From: Candidatus Babeliales bacterium
Lineage (GTDB): Bacteria > Babelota > Babeliae > Babelales > JANWKD01
NCBI GenBank assembly: GCA_963701665.1
Contig: OY969622.1
Location: 1,088,001 to 1,152,000 of the forward strand
DNA: 64,000 nt
Direction of reading: 5' to 3'
A program made the position numbers and the translations under genes. Position 1 is the stretch's first letter. Each line of letters begins with the position of its first letter. The notes under the pieces are model-generated. The model saw nothing but the letters and a program-made list of their open reading frames with translations, had not been told where the DNA came from and did not search any database. Shown one piece after another: positions 9,542 to 19,064 of this stretch.

Positions 9542-10861
9542 TTACTGTTGCAATAAAACTTTTGCAATCGCATACAATGGATATGAATGAAGTTTTTGAA
9601 ATATTGAATAGTTCAAAGTAGAAAACCGAATGCCATAAGGAGAATTCGGATGGCTTTCTAAGAATAATTGCATACTTTTAAGCGTTGTACCACTGCTGCT
9701 TTTTACTTCAATCGGCACAATAAAATCTTCATGCTGGATCAGATAATCGATTTCAGCTTGGCTGCTTCGTGCAGTTCTGTGCCAATAAAATAATGAACCT
9801 TTTTTATAAGGATTTGAATATGCCAGCATTTCTTGACCAACAAATGCCTCTACAATTTCCCCTTTATTAATAAATTGCTTCAATGGATTAACCATCCAAC
9901 TACTCATGCCTATTCCAAGAAAAACCTGAGCCAATGCTACATCCAAAAAAATTACTTTAAAATCATCAGGGTCTGCTTGGGCACCTAAGGGGATACCATT
10001 TCCAGAACTAAATAAAACCTTATTAACAACACCCGCAGTTGTTAGTAAATCAAGACAAGGGGCTAGTTCTCTTTTTTGATATTCCGTATCAACCTCACTG
10101 TATTTAAATTTTTTTCCCAATCGTAATGGAATATGATCATAGAGCAAATTCAAATATTTGATTTGGAACCTTTTGGCATATTTATTAAAATCTTGGCGAT
10201 ACGTATCAATAAGGGTCTGTTGCAACACAAAACATTCAAATGGGTCTTTATCTTTTTTTTCTTGCCAACATTGTACAATCTCAGGCATACCACCAATTGC
10301 TAAATATTCTCCCACAAATGAAAGGAGTTTTTGATGAATCGGATCACTTAAAGGAGCTTCTGGCGTATGCTTTAAAATTTCTTCTACTAAAAAATCTTGA
10401 TGCAATGCACCTAAAAACTCGATAAAGGATACAGGATACATATAAAGTGATGTTACCCTACCTACGGGAATCCCTATATACTCTGTAACAAAATCCAACA
10501 ATGAACCGGCGGCAATTACATGCAGTTCAGGCATAAGCTCGTAAAAATAACGCAATGAAGAAAAAGCTTTTGGCACCGATTGAATCTCATCAAAAAAAAG
10601 TAACGTTGTGCCAGGAACTATTTGTCGGCCAATAAATAAAGAGAGTTCACGTACAATTCTTTGAGGTTCAAGATCTTTTTCAAAAATTAATGCCACATCA
10701 GGGTTCAATTCAAAATTTATTTCAACAAAATTATCAAATAATCTTCCCAATGATCGAACAGCAAAGGTTTTACCTACCTGGCGAGCCCCTCTTAAAAGCA
10801 AGGGTTTCCGTGTTGTACTTTCTTTCCATTCTGCAAGATGCTTATCAATAAATCGCTTCAA
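9542..10861 (-). CDS. AAA+ ATPase (AAA_14) with DUF4143 and C-terminal PD-(D/E)XK-like domain
   Basis: GARQVGKT Walker A, FFDEIQ Walker B, AAGS, GGMPE, EIDYL...PIEVKS. Confidence 0.9.
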   Translation of the reverse strand: MKRFIDKHLAEWKESTTRKPLLLRGARQVGKTFAVRSLGRLFDNFVEINFELNPDVALIFEKDLEPQRIVRELSLFIGRQIVPGTTLLFFDEIQSVPKAFSSLRYFYELMPELHVIAAGSLLDFVTEYIGIPVGRVTSLYMYPVSFIEFLGALHQDFLVEEILKHTPEAPLSDPIHQKLLSFVGEYLAIGGMPEIVQCWQEKKDKDPFECFVLQQTLIDTYRQDFNKYAKRFQIKYLNLLYDHIPLRLGKKFKYSEVDTEYQKRELAPCLDLLTTAGVVNKVLFSSGNGIPLGAQADPDDFKVIFLDVALAQVFLGIGMSSWMVNPLKQFINKGEIVEAFVGQEMLAYSNPYKKGSLFYWHRTARSSQAEIDYLIQHEDFIVPIEVKSSSGTTLKSMQLFLESHPNSPYGIRFSTLNYSIFQKLHSYPLYAIAKVLLQQ

Positions 10862-10881
10862 GAGAGTCCTTTCTCCTGTAA

Positions 10882-10966
10882 ATGTTTAAAAATCAAACAT
10901 AATTTACCCTATTTTTGCCTAAAAATCAAACATAAATTTTCTAAATTATGTCAAAAATTCAAACAT
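10882..10966. promoter_or_regulatory. Three phased AAAA(T)TCAAACAT repeats upstream of the AAA gene
   Basis: Copies at 10888, 10921 and ~10953 (about 33-bp period); the first is part of ATGTTT-N7-AAACAT. Confidence 0.55.
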
Positions 10967-11027
10967 GCTGTCCATGCCAAAAAAATCTAATTTCTGAGCA
11001 ATCAGCTCTATTAGATTGCCATTACAA

Positions 11028-11044
11028 AAACAAGTGCAAACTTC
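11028..11044. repeat. 17-bp direct repeat, right copy
   Basis: Identical to 9489-9505. Confidence 0.8.
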
Positions 11045-11179
11045 ATTCATAACTTCACTGACTTTTAAAAAAAATGAACAGCTTTCGATTGTTTCATAAT
11101 CTTTATTTTAATGTATTGACTTTTTTTTCAAATATTACGAGCATACATGCAATATGAGCCTTAGTAAGGAAAGCATTAT

Positions 11180-13006
11180 ATGATTCCATTAAAACTATAT
11201 GGTGTCTTTTTACTAATACTATGTTCAACAATGGGAAACATCTCGTGTATGGATGTTTTATCCCAAAAGCTCCCACCTCTTACTTCTAATGACAATCCCG
11301 TACCAATAACAATCCACATAATCGATAAAAATCAAGAACGCAAACATACTTCATATTGGAATCAACAGCAGTTAGCTCATGCAGCTTTTCTTGATAACCA
11401 GTTTAATTTTGATAGCAGTGATGCACTCATTGTACCGAGCGCACATGTGCCTATACATCAATTTCAAACGATAGAAAAAATTACGCACATGCTTTCGACT
11501 GCTGAATCAACACTATCTCCTGTAGAGCGAGAAATAAAAAAAATTTTAAAAAAAGTAAAGCGATCGCCTTATGCTCTTTATAGATTATGGTCAGCAGCAG
11601 ATTATTTAGACTGCCCATTTGTTTACAACTCCTGCCTTAACCATCTATTTGAAAAAACTAAAAATCATCTTGCTAGCAATAGAATAGGTCCTGCGCTTGA
11701 ACTCGTAAGCCCTGCCTATGGCATGCGCACTATGTACATCGGCTACAAATTACTGGAAACATACAAACCTTTAAGGAATTTTCTTACTCATGTAAGCAAA
11801 CAACAACACGTTCATGAAGAAACTAATGACTGGTACTCATGGGATGGTCAAGATACTATTATGTTTAAAACACTTGATTCTGCCCCTGAAACAAATATTA
11901 AATATTGGTTTGATGGAAAAACTTATATAATTCCCACTAAAAACAAGTCAGCTGTTTATCGTTCATACATTTGTCCAACGTCAAAAAAGTTTTTCTGCCT
12001 CTTTGAAGATCATTCACTCGAAGTATATGATCCCACCAATGCAACCTTATTAGGCACCAGCAAAATACCTAATCATTTATCAACAATTCGCTACTCTCCC
12101 AATCTTGGAAAATTATTACTGATCGATCAATTTAATCTTAGACAATATAATGTTGAGCAAAACAATGAATCAGTGGAAGATACCAAACAATCAATAAAAT
12201 TTGAGGAAGATCTAGTACAACCGTTGGATAGGATGAGAATTTTTGCTCACGATGAATCCACGGGAATATGCTATATTGTGTTTGAAAAAAAACATGGGAT
12301 ATTTAAGTATGATCCGACACAAAAAACTATAGAAAAACATTTTTTTACAAATCCAAAATCTAACCAAAGAGTTTTTTCAAGCTTGTGTTTATCGCATAAT
12401 AAAAAAATGCTTTATTCTCTCTCAATGCTGCAATATTATAAGAATGGCCAAAAACGACAACAAGTAGAACTTTGTTTTTGGAATATTAGAAAAAGAAAAT
12501 TGATTAAAAGTATTCCTTTACGACAATATTCAGTCTATGACCTGCTTATTTCTCCGGATGATTCTTTATTGGCACTCGAAGGATATCGTAAAAATAAGAT
12601 TATTTTGCATGATGCGACAACAGGAAAGAGAATAACCACGCTGCCCAACTGTTCTTTTCCAGCTGCATTTTCGTCAGATAGCAACACCTTAGCAGCAAAG
12701 ACAAAAAATGGATTTGTGGAACACACATTACATGATGAAACTCTTGAAAAGAAATTACTCACGTATTCTGCTGAACATATAGCATTATTAGCTGCCTGCG
12801 CTAAACCAAGAACACCTCATGAACCAAACTGGGATGAAATGCAGTATTATGTTAGGAACACTGAAAATACAAAACATCTCCTCTCGGAATTACCCGAATC
12901 ATTACAAAAACATCTTTCTTCATTCGCCTCAATCCCTGATGCATCGCACTCAAAACAAAAAAAATTAAAAAAATTTAGACAACGAGCACGCAAAAGATTA
13001 CATTAG
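11180..13006 (+). CDS. Secreted BTB/Skp1-like plus WD40/beta-propeller protein
   Basis: Signal peptide; LWSAADYLDC (BTB/Skp1-like); YSPN, ISPDDSLLA, FSSDSNTLA, LCFWNI propeller blades; basic C-tail. Confidence 0.65.
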   Translation: MIPLKLYGVFLLILCSTMGNISCMDVLSQKLPPLTSNDNPVPITIHIIDKNQERKHTSYWNQQQLAHAAFLDNQFNFDSSDALIVPSAHVPIHQFQTIEKITHMLSTAESTLSPVEREIKKILKKVKRSPYALYRLWSAADYLDCPFVYNSCLNHLFEKTKNHLASNRIGPALELVSPAYGMRTMYIGYKLLETYKPLRNFLTHVSKQQHVHEETNDWYSWDGQDTIMFKTLDSAPETNIKYWFDGKTYIIPTKNKSAVYRSYICPTSKKFFCLFEDHSLEVYDPTNATLLGTSKIPNHLSTIRYSPNLGKLLLIDQFNLRQYNVEQNNESVEDTKQSIKFEEDLVQPLDRMRIFAHDESTGICYIVFEKKHGIFKYDPTQKTIEKHFFTNPKSNQRVFSSLCLSHNKKMLYSLSMLQYYKNGQKRQQVELCFWNIRKRKLIKSIPLRQYSVYDLLISPDDSLLALEGYRKNKIILHDATTGKRITTLPNCSFPAAFSSDSNTLAAKTKNGFVEHTLHDETLEKKLLTYSAEHIALLAACAKPRTPHEPNWDEMQYYVRNTENTKHLLSELPESLQKHLSSFASIPDASHSKQKKLKKFRQRARKRLH

Positions 13007-13046
13007 GAAATGTTTATAGTTTTTTAACAGCTCTTGTCGCACTAAT

Positions 13047-14015
13047 TTGAAAATAACTGCACAATCATGTCTTGCATGGCTTTTTAATTTTTTTCATGTA
13101 CAGATTTTTCTCACGCTTATTTCTTTACCATTTCTTGTTGCATGGGGATTACCGCTTTCGCTCATGGCTCCCATCGGCAATATTATCTTTTTACCTTTTT
13201 TAACCATATTTTTATTCGTCGCTACGCTGATTTTCTTTTTTGAGCTGTGCGCGATTCCCAATATGTTTCTCATCTACGTGCTTGAAAAAATAATTTCAAT
13301 CTGGTTGTATCTGATGAGTTTTAGCAGCAAAACATGGCTCATTAGTTTTGCAAAACCGTCATTGCTTTTTCTCGTGTGCATGCCTATTTGCGCACTCGCC
13401 ATTCTTTTTAAAAAAAAACGAGTGAGTCATTATTACACAACGCTCGCATTGCTCGCCACCTTATTATTTTTCTGCGCGTGTTTGAAATATCCATTTCTTC
13501 CCTCAACAGAATTAGTAATAACAGTTCCTTGCAATAAAGGTGAAATTATTATGGTGCGCAACAATGCGCAAATAAGCATTATCGATCCTGGCTATCTTGG
13601 GCAAACGATTTCTAGCCCGACATGGATAGAATTTACCCTTGTGCCCTTATTGAACCAACATTTTGGTTCTCAAACAATTCATCATTTAATAGTATTGCAA
13701 CCAAGCATCATGACTTTTGCGTGCGTGGAAAAACTGTGTCAACTGTGCACGGTGCGACATTGTTATATTCCTTTATGGCAAGGCAATGCCGATAAACCAT
13801 TATTGCGTTCCTATGGCTATATGAGACGTGCGCTGGAAAAAAATAAAACTGATTTGATACGTATAAAAAATACACCATTAATCGTGAATGCTAGTACCAT
13901 CTCTCCTCTTGAACAGGCCATAGTGTATAAAGATATCACGTTTCAGGCTATGCGTGTGAACGTTTTATTGAAAGAGAAAAAACTTGAAATTTATTCAGCT
14001 AAAAAGCAAAAATGA
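13047..14015 (+). CDS. ComEC/Rec2-related membrane protein (C-terminal part, degenerate MBL-like domain)
   Basis: QIFLTLISLP..PIGNIIFLP TM pattern; IIDPG, TIHHLIV. Confidence 0.55.
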   Translation: MKITAQSCLAWLFNFFHVQIFLTLISLPFLVAWGLPLSLMAPIGNIIFLPFLTIFLFVATLIFFFELCAIPNMFLIYVLEKIISIWLYLMSFSSKTWLISFAKPSLLFLVCMPICALAILFKKKRVSHYYTTLALLATLLFFCACLKYPFLPSTELVITVPCNKGEIIMVRNNAQISIIDPGYLGQTISSPTWIEFTLVPLLNQHFGSQTIHHLIVLQPSIMTFACVEKLCQLCTVRHCYIPLWQGNADKPLLRSYGYMRRALEKNKTDLIRIKNTPLIVNASTISPLEQAIVYKDITFQAMRVNVLLKEKKLEIYSAKKQK

Positions 14016-14046
14016 TATACTGGAATAATAACCAAAAGGAGCCCCT

Positions 14047-15876
14047 TTGCAAAAAGTTGATGCTAAAGACACGATTCACATTGCTCAACCAAAAAAAAAG
14101 ATTAAACCGACTAAAGTTATTTTAAAACTGCTTCCTTATTTGTGGATCACTGATTGGCGACTCCGCGCACGCGTATGCTTATCAATTTTTTTTATCATAA
14201 TAAGCATGGCTCTCAATCTGAGCATCCCTTTAGTATTAAAAAAATTAATTTCTTTATTTGAACTTTCAACACGCCCAGTTTTCATCACCCAACTGTTTTT
14301 GATCGCCTATGGCGTTTTGTGGACACTCAGCCAAATCACTATTCAAATGCGTGAGATAGTTATGTTTCGCGTCATGGAACGCGGCATTCGATTATTAAGC
14401 TTAAAATTATTTCAACATTTTCAAGCACTTTCATTGCGCTTTCATGTTGCACGCAAAACGGGTGCCATCGTAAGTGCCATCGAACGAGCGCAAGATAGTT
14501 TCCCCGATATTTTTTGGGGTATTTTTCTTTCAATAATTCCGACCATAGCAGAAGTACTTATTGCCATGGCTATTTTGTGGTATATGTATGGCTTTCAATA
14601 TGGGCTCACACTTTTTTCTATTTTAGTAAGTTATATAATTTTTAGTTCCATAAGTATGGAATGGTCAACAAAAGCGCAACGAATATCTAATGAAAAAAAA
14701 TTGAATGCAGGCGCGCGTATCGTTGATAGTTTGCTCAATTTCGAAACAGTAAAATATTTTAGTAATCAAAAATTTGAAATTGAACAAACCAACAAAATTT
14801 TAAAAGAGCGTGAAGACGCAACAACCAATTATCATATCACGACGGAATTAGTGCACCTGGGTCAAGGCATCGTTTTAGGCATAGGGCTCATCACATTGAC
14901 TTGGATGGTAGGTAACAACGTTATTAAAGGTACGATGAATGTGAGTGATTTCATTTTAATTAATGGGTACCTCATTCAGTTTGTTACGCCACTCAGTTGG
15001 TTTGGTTATGTTTTGCGTAAACTGCGCAAAGGCCTCACCGATATGGAAGCGGTGTTTAATCTCTTGCAGTTAAAACCTGAAATTGTCGATGCACCGAACG
15101 CCATCTCATTGCATATCACACAAGCAACAATCAAATTCGATCATGTTTATTTTTGGTATGATGCTCGCCGTCCCATTTTAAAAGATGTCAATTTTTCAGT
15201 CCCGGTAGGGCAAACTGTTGCAATCGTCGGGCCAACCGGTTCAGGAAAATCAACTATCGCGCGTTTGCTTTTTAGATTTTATGATGTGAACGAGGGCAGC
15301 ATCAAAATTAATGATCATGATATACGCTCGATTACTCAAGAATCTTTGCAAAAAATCATGGGGATCGTTCCCCAAGATACCGTACTTTTTAATAACTCGC
15401 TGTATTACAATGTTGCTTATGGCGATATACATGCCAGCCCAGAAGATGTTGAGCATGCCATCAAACTTGCTCATTTAGATGGTTTTATTAAACGACTTCC
15501 CGAGGGTCTTAACACGCCGGTTGGCGAACGAGGGTTGAAATTATCAGGCGGCGAAAAACAACGAGTGGCGATTGCACGTGTGCTTTTGCATAAACCCGTT
15601 ATCTACATCTTTGACGAGGCCACCTCAGCACTCGACACGCACACAGAACAAGAAATCCAAAAAAACTTGGAAGAAATCTCTGCCGGATCAACGACCCTCA
15701 TTATTGCCCACCGCCTTTCGACGGTCACCCATGCTGATACCATCATTGTTCTAGAGCACGGCTCTATTGTTGAACAAGGCTCCCATAGAGAATTACTCAA
15801 AAAAGGCGGATTATATGCCCGATTATGGGCAAAACAAGCACAGGAATGCGAAGAGTTCGTTGAGTCAATTTCTTAG
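14047..15876 (+). CDS. ATM1/HMT1-type ABC exporter (TMD+NBD)
   Basis: LSLRFHVARKTG, DSLLNFETVKYF, GPTGSGKST, LSGGEKQR, DEATSALD. Confidence 0.92.
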   Translation: MQKVDAKDTIHIAQPKKKIKPTKVILKLLPYLWITDWRLRARVCLSIFFIIISMALNLSIPLVLKKLISLFELSTRPVFITQLFLIAYGVLWTLSQITIQMREIVMFRVMERGIRLLSLKLFQHFQALSLRFHVARKTGAIVSAIERAQDSFPDIFWGIFLSIIPTIAEVLIAMAILWYMYGFQYGLTLFSILVSYIIFSSISMEWSTKAQRISNEKKLNAGARIVDSLLNFETVKYFSNQKFEIEQTNKILKEREDATTNYHITTELVHLGQGIVLGIGLITLTWMVGNNVIKGTMNVSDFILINGYLIQFVTPLSWFGYVLRKLRKGLTDMEAVFNLLQLKPEIVDAPNAISLHITQATIKFDHVYFWYDARRPILKDVNFSVPVGQTVAIVGPTGSGKSTIARLLFRFYDVNEGSIKINDHDIRSITQESLQKIMGIVPQDTVLFNNSLYYNVAYGDIHASPEDVEHAIKLAHLDGFIKRLPEGLNTPVGERGLKLSGGEKQRVAIARVLLHKPVIYIFDEATSALDTHTEQEIQKNLEEISAGSTTLIIAHRLSTVTHADTIIVLEHGSIVEQGSHRELLKKGGLYARLWAKQAQECEEFVESIS

Positions 15877-15889
15877 TAGCCCCCTCGAT

Positions 15890-16053
15890 GTCATCATGAG
15901 GAGCCGTCCTACTTCGCCAAGGCTTCGCAGGATCCGCAAGAAGCGGCCTGTCCGACATAGTTTTAACGAAGGCGGAACGTAGTGATCCAGTCTTTATAAT
16001 GAAAAATCCTAATTAGACCTGGATTCCTACGGCACAAGGTGCCTCAGAATGAC
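15890..16053. repeat. Palindromic intergenic repeat, copy E (modules at 15908-15931 and 15947-15976)
   Basis: GTCATCATGAGG...GTGATCCAG-spacer-CTGGATTCCTACGG...CTCAGAATGAC. Confidence 0.75.
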
Positions 16054-16144
16054 ACTTCTCCTAAACCATGCTTTTTCTTCAATTCCTTTTCTTGATAACG
16101 CTTAGTAAAAAGTGCAAATTATTCCAAGAAATCAGCTCTTAAAT

Positions 16145-16173
16145 TTGCCAATTAAGCAATTTCATGCTACGCT
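16145..16173 (+). promoter_or_regulatory. Putative sigma70 promoter of rpsA-ndk
   Basis: TTGCCA-N17-TACGCT with TG extension; AGGAG RBS before the ATG. Confidence 0.55.
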
Positions 16174-16237
16174 GCTAGCTGTATTATTATATGTTTAACC
16201 CCTTAAACCCCTCTCACTCTTTAGGAGTCTTTTTTAC

Positions 16238-18088
16238 ATGTCAAAAGAAGTAATCAAAAGTAGTCAGTTTGCACACGTCAAACAGCAATCAATCGATGAA
16301 GCACTAAACCTAAATCAAGAACAACACAAAGAACTTGCCTCGTTATATGAGGGTATTGTAGACCTCTTTAAACCGGGCAAAATTGTTATTGGTAGAGTTA
16401 TTAAGGCTGATTCTGATGGCGTTTTAGTGGATATTGGTTATAAATCTCATGGCCAAATCCCTCATTATGAATTTTCAGAGCATGAATTTAAAAAATTAGC
16501 ACCCAACAGTGAAATTGAAGTTATCCTTGATGAGCTTGAAAACCTTGAAGGAAACTTAAGCCTTTCTTATGAAAAAGCAAAGGCACTTCGTGCTTGGGAC
16601 TCAATTACGAAACTCTATGAAGAAAATAAGCCGGTGGAAGGTATAGTCACTCATAAAGTACGTGGCGGACTTAGCGTCGATATCGGCGTTCCAGCATTTT
16701 TACCTGGCTCACAAGTAGACGTACAACGCGTTAATGACTTTGATCAATATGTTAATCAAACCATTACAGCGTATATTATTAAAATTAACCAAAAACGCGG
16801 CAACGTTATCATTTCTCGCCGTAAATTCTTAAATGATCAACGCCAAGAATCTCGTAAGAAAGTACTCGATCAACTTAAAGTTGACCAAGTTATTCAAGGT
16901 GTTGTTAAAAATATTACCAATTACGGAGCCTTCATTGATATCGGCGGTGTTGATGGTCTTCTTCATATTACTGATATGACCTGGGGACGCATTGCACATC
17001 CGAGCGAACTTCTTAAAATTGGTGATAAAATTTCTGTCAAAGTTCTTTCATTCGATCCTAATAATGAAAAGATCTCGCTTGGCATGAAACAATTAACCGA
17101 TAATCCATGGGCACACATTAGTGAAGAGTTCACCGTTGGTTCAAAAATCAAAGGCAAAATCTCAAGCATCACCGATTATGGATTATTCATTGAAATTCAA
17201 AAAGGCGTTGAAGGACTTGTTCATATTTCTGAAATATCATGGACCGATAGAATTCATGATTTGCATAAGCATTTCAAAGTAGGCGATGTCATCGAAGTGC
17301 TCATTGTCTCTATGGATAAAGAAAACAGAAGAATGTCACTCAGCATCAAGCAATTGCAGAAGAATCCATGGCAGGCTATTGGTGAACAGTTCAAAATTGG
17401 TCAAAAGATCAAAGGCAATATTAGCAACATCACTGATTTTGGGATCTTTGTTCAACTTATACCTGGCATCGACGGTTTAGTACATATTTCCGACCTTTCT
17501 TGGACTGAACATGTTACTCATCCGAGTGATATTTATAAGAAAGGTGAAGAAGTTGAAGCTGTTGTGCTTGCTATTGATGAAGCGAATAAGCGTATATCAC
17601 TTGGCATTAAACAACTGCAACCAAATCCTTGGGAAATGATTGAACAAGAATATCCTGTTGGCAAAATCATCGAAGGTGAAGTTTCAAAAATTACCAATTT
17701 TGGTGCATTCATCAAGCTTCCTATCGGCATTGAAGGACTTGTCCATATTTCTGAACTTTCAAAAAATAACGTAGAAAACGTTAATGAAATTCTTAAAGTC
17801 GGACAAAAATATCCTTTCCGTGTTATTAAGGTCAGCAGAGAAGAGCACAAATTAGGATTAAGCTTGAAACTAACTGATGACGAAGAAGTAAAAGAGAAGA
17901 AACCGAAAAGAGAAGCTTCTCAATCTTCTGAACGCTCGCCTAAGAGAGAAAAACGCTCGTCCTATGATCACTCAATGAGTTCTTCTTCGCAACAAACGGG
18001 TGCAAAACCTAAATCACTCCTGCAAATTGAGCTTGAAAAATTGGCTGCTCGAAATGGCTCTGATGATAGATCAGGAAATGAAAGGTAG
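16238..18088 (+). CDS. rpsA: 30S ribosomal protein S1
   Basis: Six S1 repeats (AFLPGSQVD, GAFIDIGGVDGLLHITDMTW, GLVHISE). Confidence 0.97.
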   Translation: MSKEVIKSSQFAHVKQQSIDEALNLNQEQHKELASLYEGIVDLFKPGKIVIGRVIKADSDGVLVDIGYKSHGQIPHYEFSEHEFKKLAPNSEIEVILDELENLEGNLSLSYEKAKALRAWDSITKLYEENKPVEGIVTHKVRGGLSVDIGVPAFLPGSQVDVQRVNDFDQYVNQTITAYIIKINQKRGNVIISRRKFLNDQRQESRKKVLDQLKVDQVIQGVVKNITNYGAFIDIGGVDGLLHITDMTWGRIAHPSELLKIGDKISVKVLSFDPNNEKISLGMKQLTDNPWAHISEEFTVGSKIKGKISSITDYGLFIEIQKGVEGLVHISEISWTDRIHDLHKHFKVGDVIEVLIVSMDKENRRMSLSIKQLQKNPWQAIGEQFKIGQKIKGNISNITDFGIFVQLIPGIDGLVHISDLSWTEHVTHPSDIYKKGEEVEAVVLAIDEANKRISLGIKQLQPNPWEMIEQEYPVGKIIEGEVSKITNFGAFIKLPIGIEGLVHISELSKNNVENVNEILKVGQKYPFRVIKVSREEHKLGLSLKLTDDEEVKEKKPKREASQSSERSPKREKRSSYDHSMSSSSQQTGAKPKSLLQIELEKLAARNGSDDRSGNER

Positions 18089-18097
18089 TATCCATCA

Positions 18098-18508
18098 ATG
18101 TTAGAAAAAACCTTTGCCATTATTAAACCGCATGCAGTTGCTGACAAACTTTCAGGCGCAGTCATAAGTCTGATTGAAGGGAATGGTTTTGAGATTCTTG
18201 GTATGCGTAAAATGCGTCTTACCAAGGAACAAGCAGAACATTTTTATGCTGTGCATAACAGTAAACCGTTTTTTGCTGATTTGGTAAAAAATATCACCGG
18301 CGGGCCTGTCATTGTACTTGTCTTACAAAAAGAACAAGGCATTAAGGCTTGGCGTGATTTGATGGGAGCGACTGATCCATCCAAAGCAGCAACAGGCACC
18401 ATCCGTAAACTATACGGAACCTCATTGGATTTCAATGTAGTGCATGGTTCTGATGCGCCAGAAACGGCAAAAGCTGAAATAAAACAGTTCTTTCCAGAAC
18501 TTGCATAA
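18098..18508 (+). CDS. ndk: Nucleoside diphosphate kinase
   Basis: EKTFAIIKP, MGATDP, NVVHGSD. Confidence 0.97.
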   Translation: MLEKTFAIIKPHAVADKLSGAVISLIEGNGFEILGMRKMRLTKEQAEHFYAVHNSKPFFADLVKNITGGPVIVLVLQKEQGIKAWRDLMGATDPSKAATGTIRKLYGTSLDFNVVHGSDAPETAKAEIKQFFPELA

Positions 18509-18536
18509 ATAACTTTATTTTAAATAAAGAAACTTT

Positions 18537-18570
18537 AAGGAGCAGAAAATTTTTTCTGCTCCTTTTTTTT
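18537..18570 (+). terminator. Intrinsic terminator after ndk
   Basis: AAGGAGCAGAAAA..TTTTCTGCTCCTT plus T run. Confidence 0.85.
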
Positions 18571-18657
18571 ATACTAATCTTTAATATATTTTCATTTATT
18601 CCACTTTTATATTATAGTGATTATCACTATTCAATACGTAATATTAAAGGAAAAATC

Positions 18658-18999
18658 ATGAAATATTCTCACATAATTTTTACAGGAATTATTTTTTATT
18701 GTTCCAGTGTTCATCCTATGGAAAAACAAAACGGGTTCACAGAAAGCGAATTGAAACAACAACAGGACCGTCTTTTAGCAACGCTCAGAGAAGCGCACAA
18801 ACAACGTGGACAATATAGCCAGACACCCAATGTAGAAAAACAAGATAGCTTGGACAAAGAAGCTTTTCTAGCACGACTTAAAAACGCTCATACTGATTGG
18901 ATAACACAAGAAGCATTGGGAGAAAAGCACAACAAGAAACCTGTTGATAGCGATGAAGTCAGAGAAATACAAGGATTAGAAAAGAAGCTAAATAAGTAA
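18658..18999 (+). CDS. Small secreted hypothetical protein
   Basis: AAGGA RBS; signal peptide then ME; helical and charged. Confidence 0.7.
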   Translation: MKYSHIIFTGIIFYCSSVHPMEKQNGFTESELKQQQDRLLATLREAHKQRGQYSQTPNVEKQDSLDKEAFLARLKNAHTDWITQEALGEKHNKKPVDSDEVREIQGLEKKLNK

Positions 19000-19064
19000 T
19001 CTTTAAGCTTTTTTGATATCCGTATTATTTCAACGGTAGGGCCATTCCTGGAAACAATTCAAGC

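Noticed and set aside
15767..15982. 71-aa ORF overlapping the ABC gene end and repeat E
   Set aside because: Alternate frame plus translation of the palindromic repeat; no RBS or protein-like signature
16900..17770. Internal DNA repeats in rpsA
   Set aside because: Explained by tandem S1 domains
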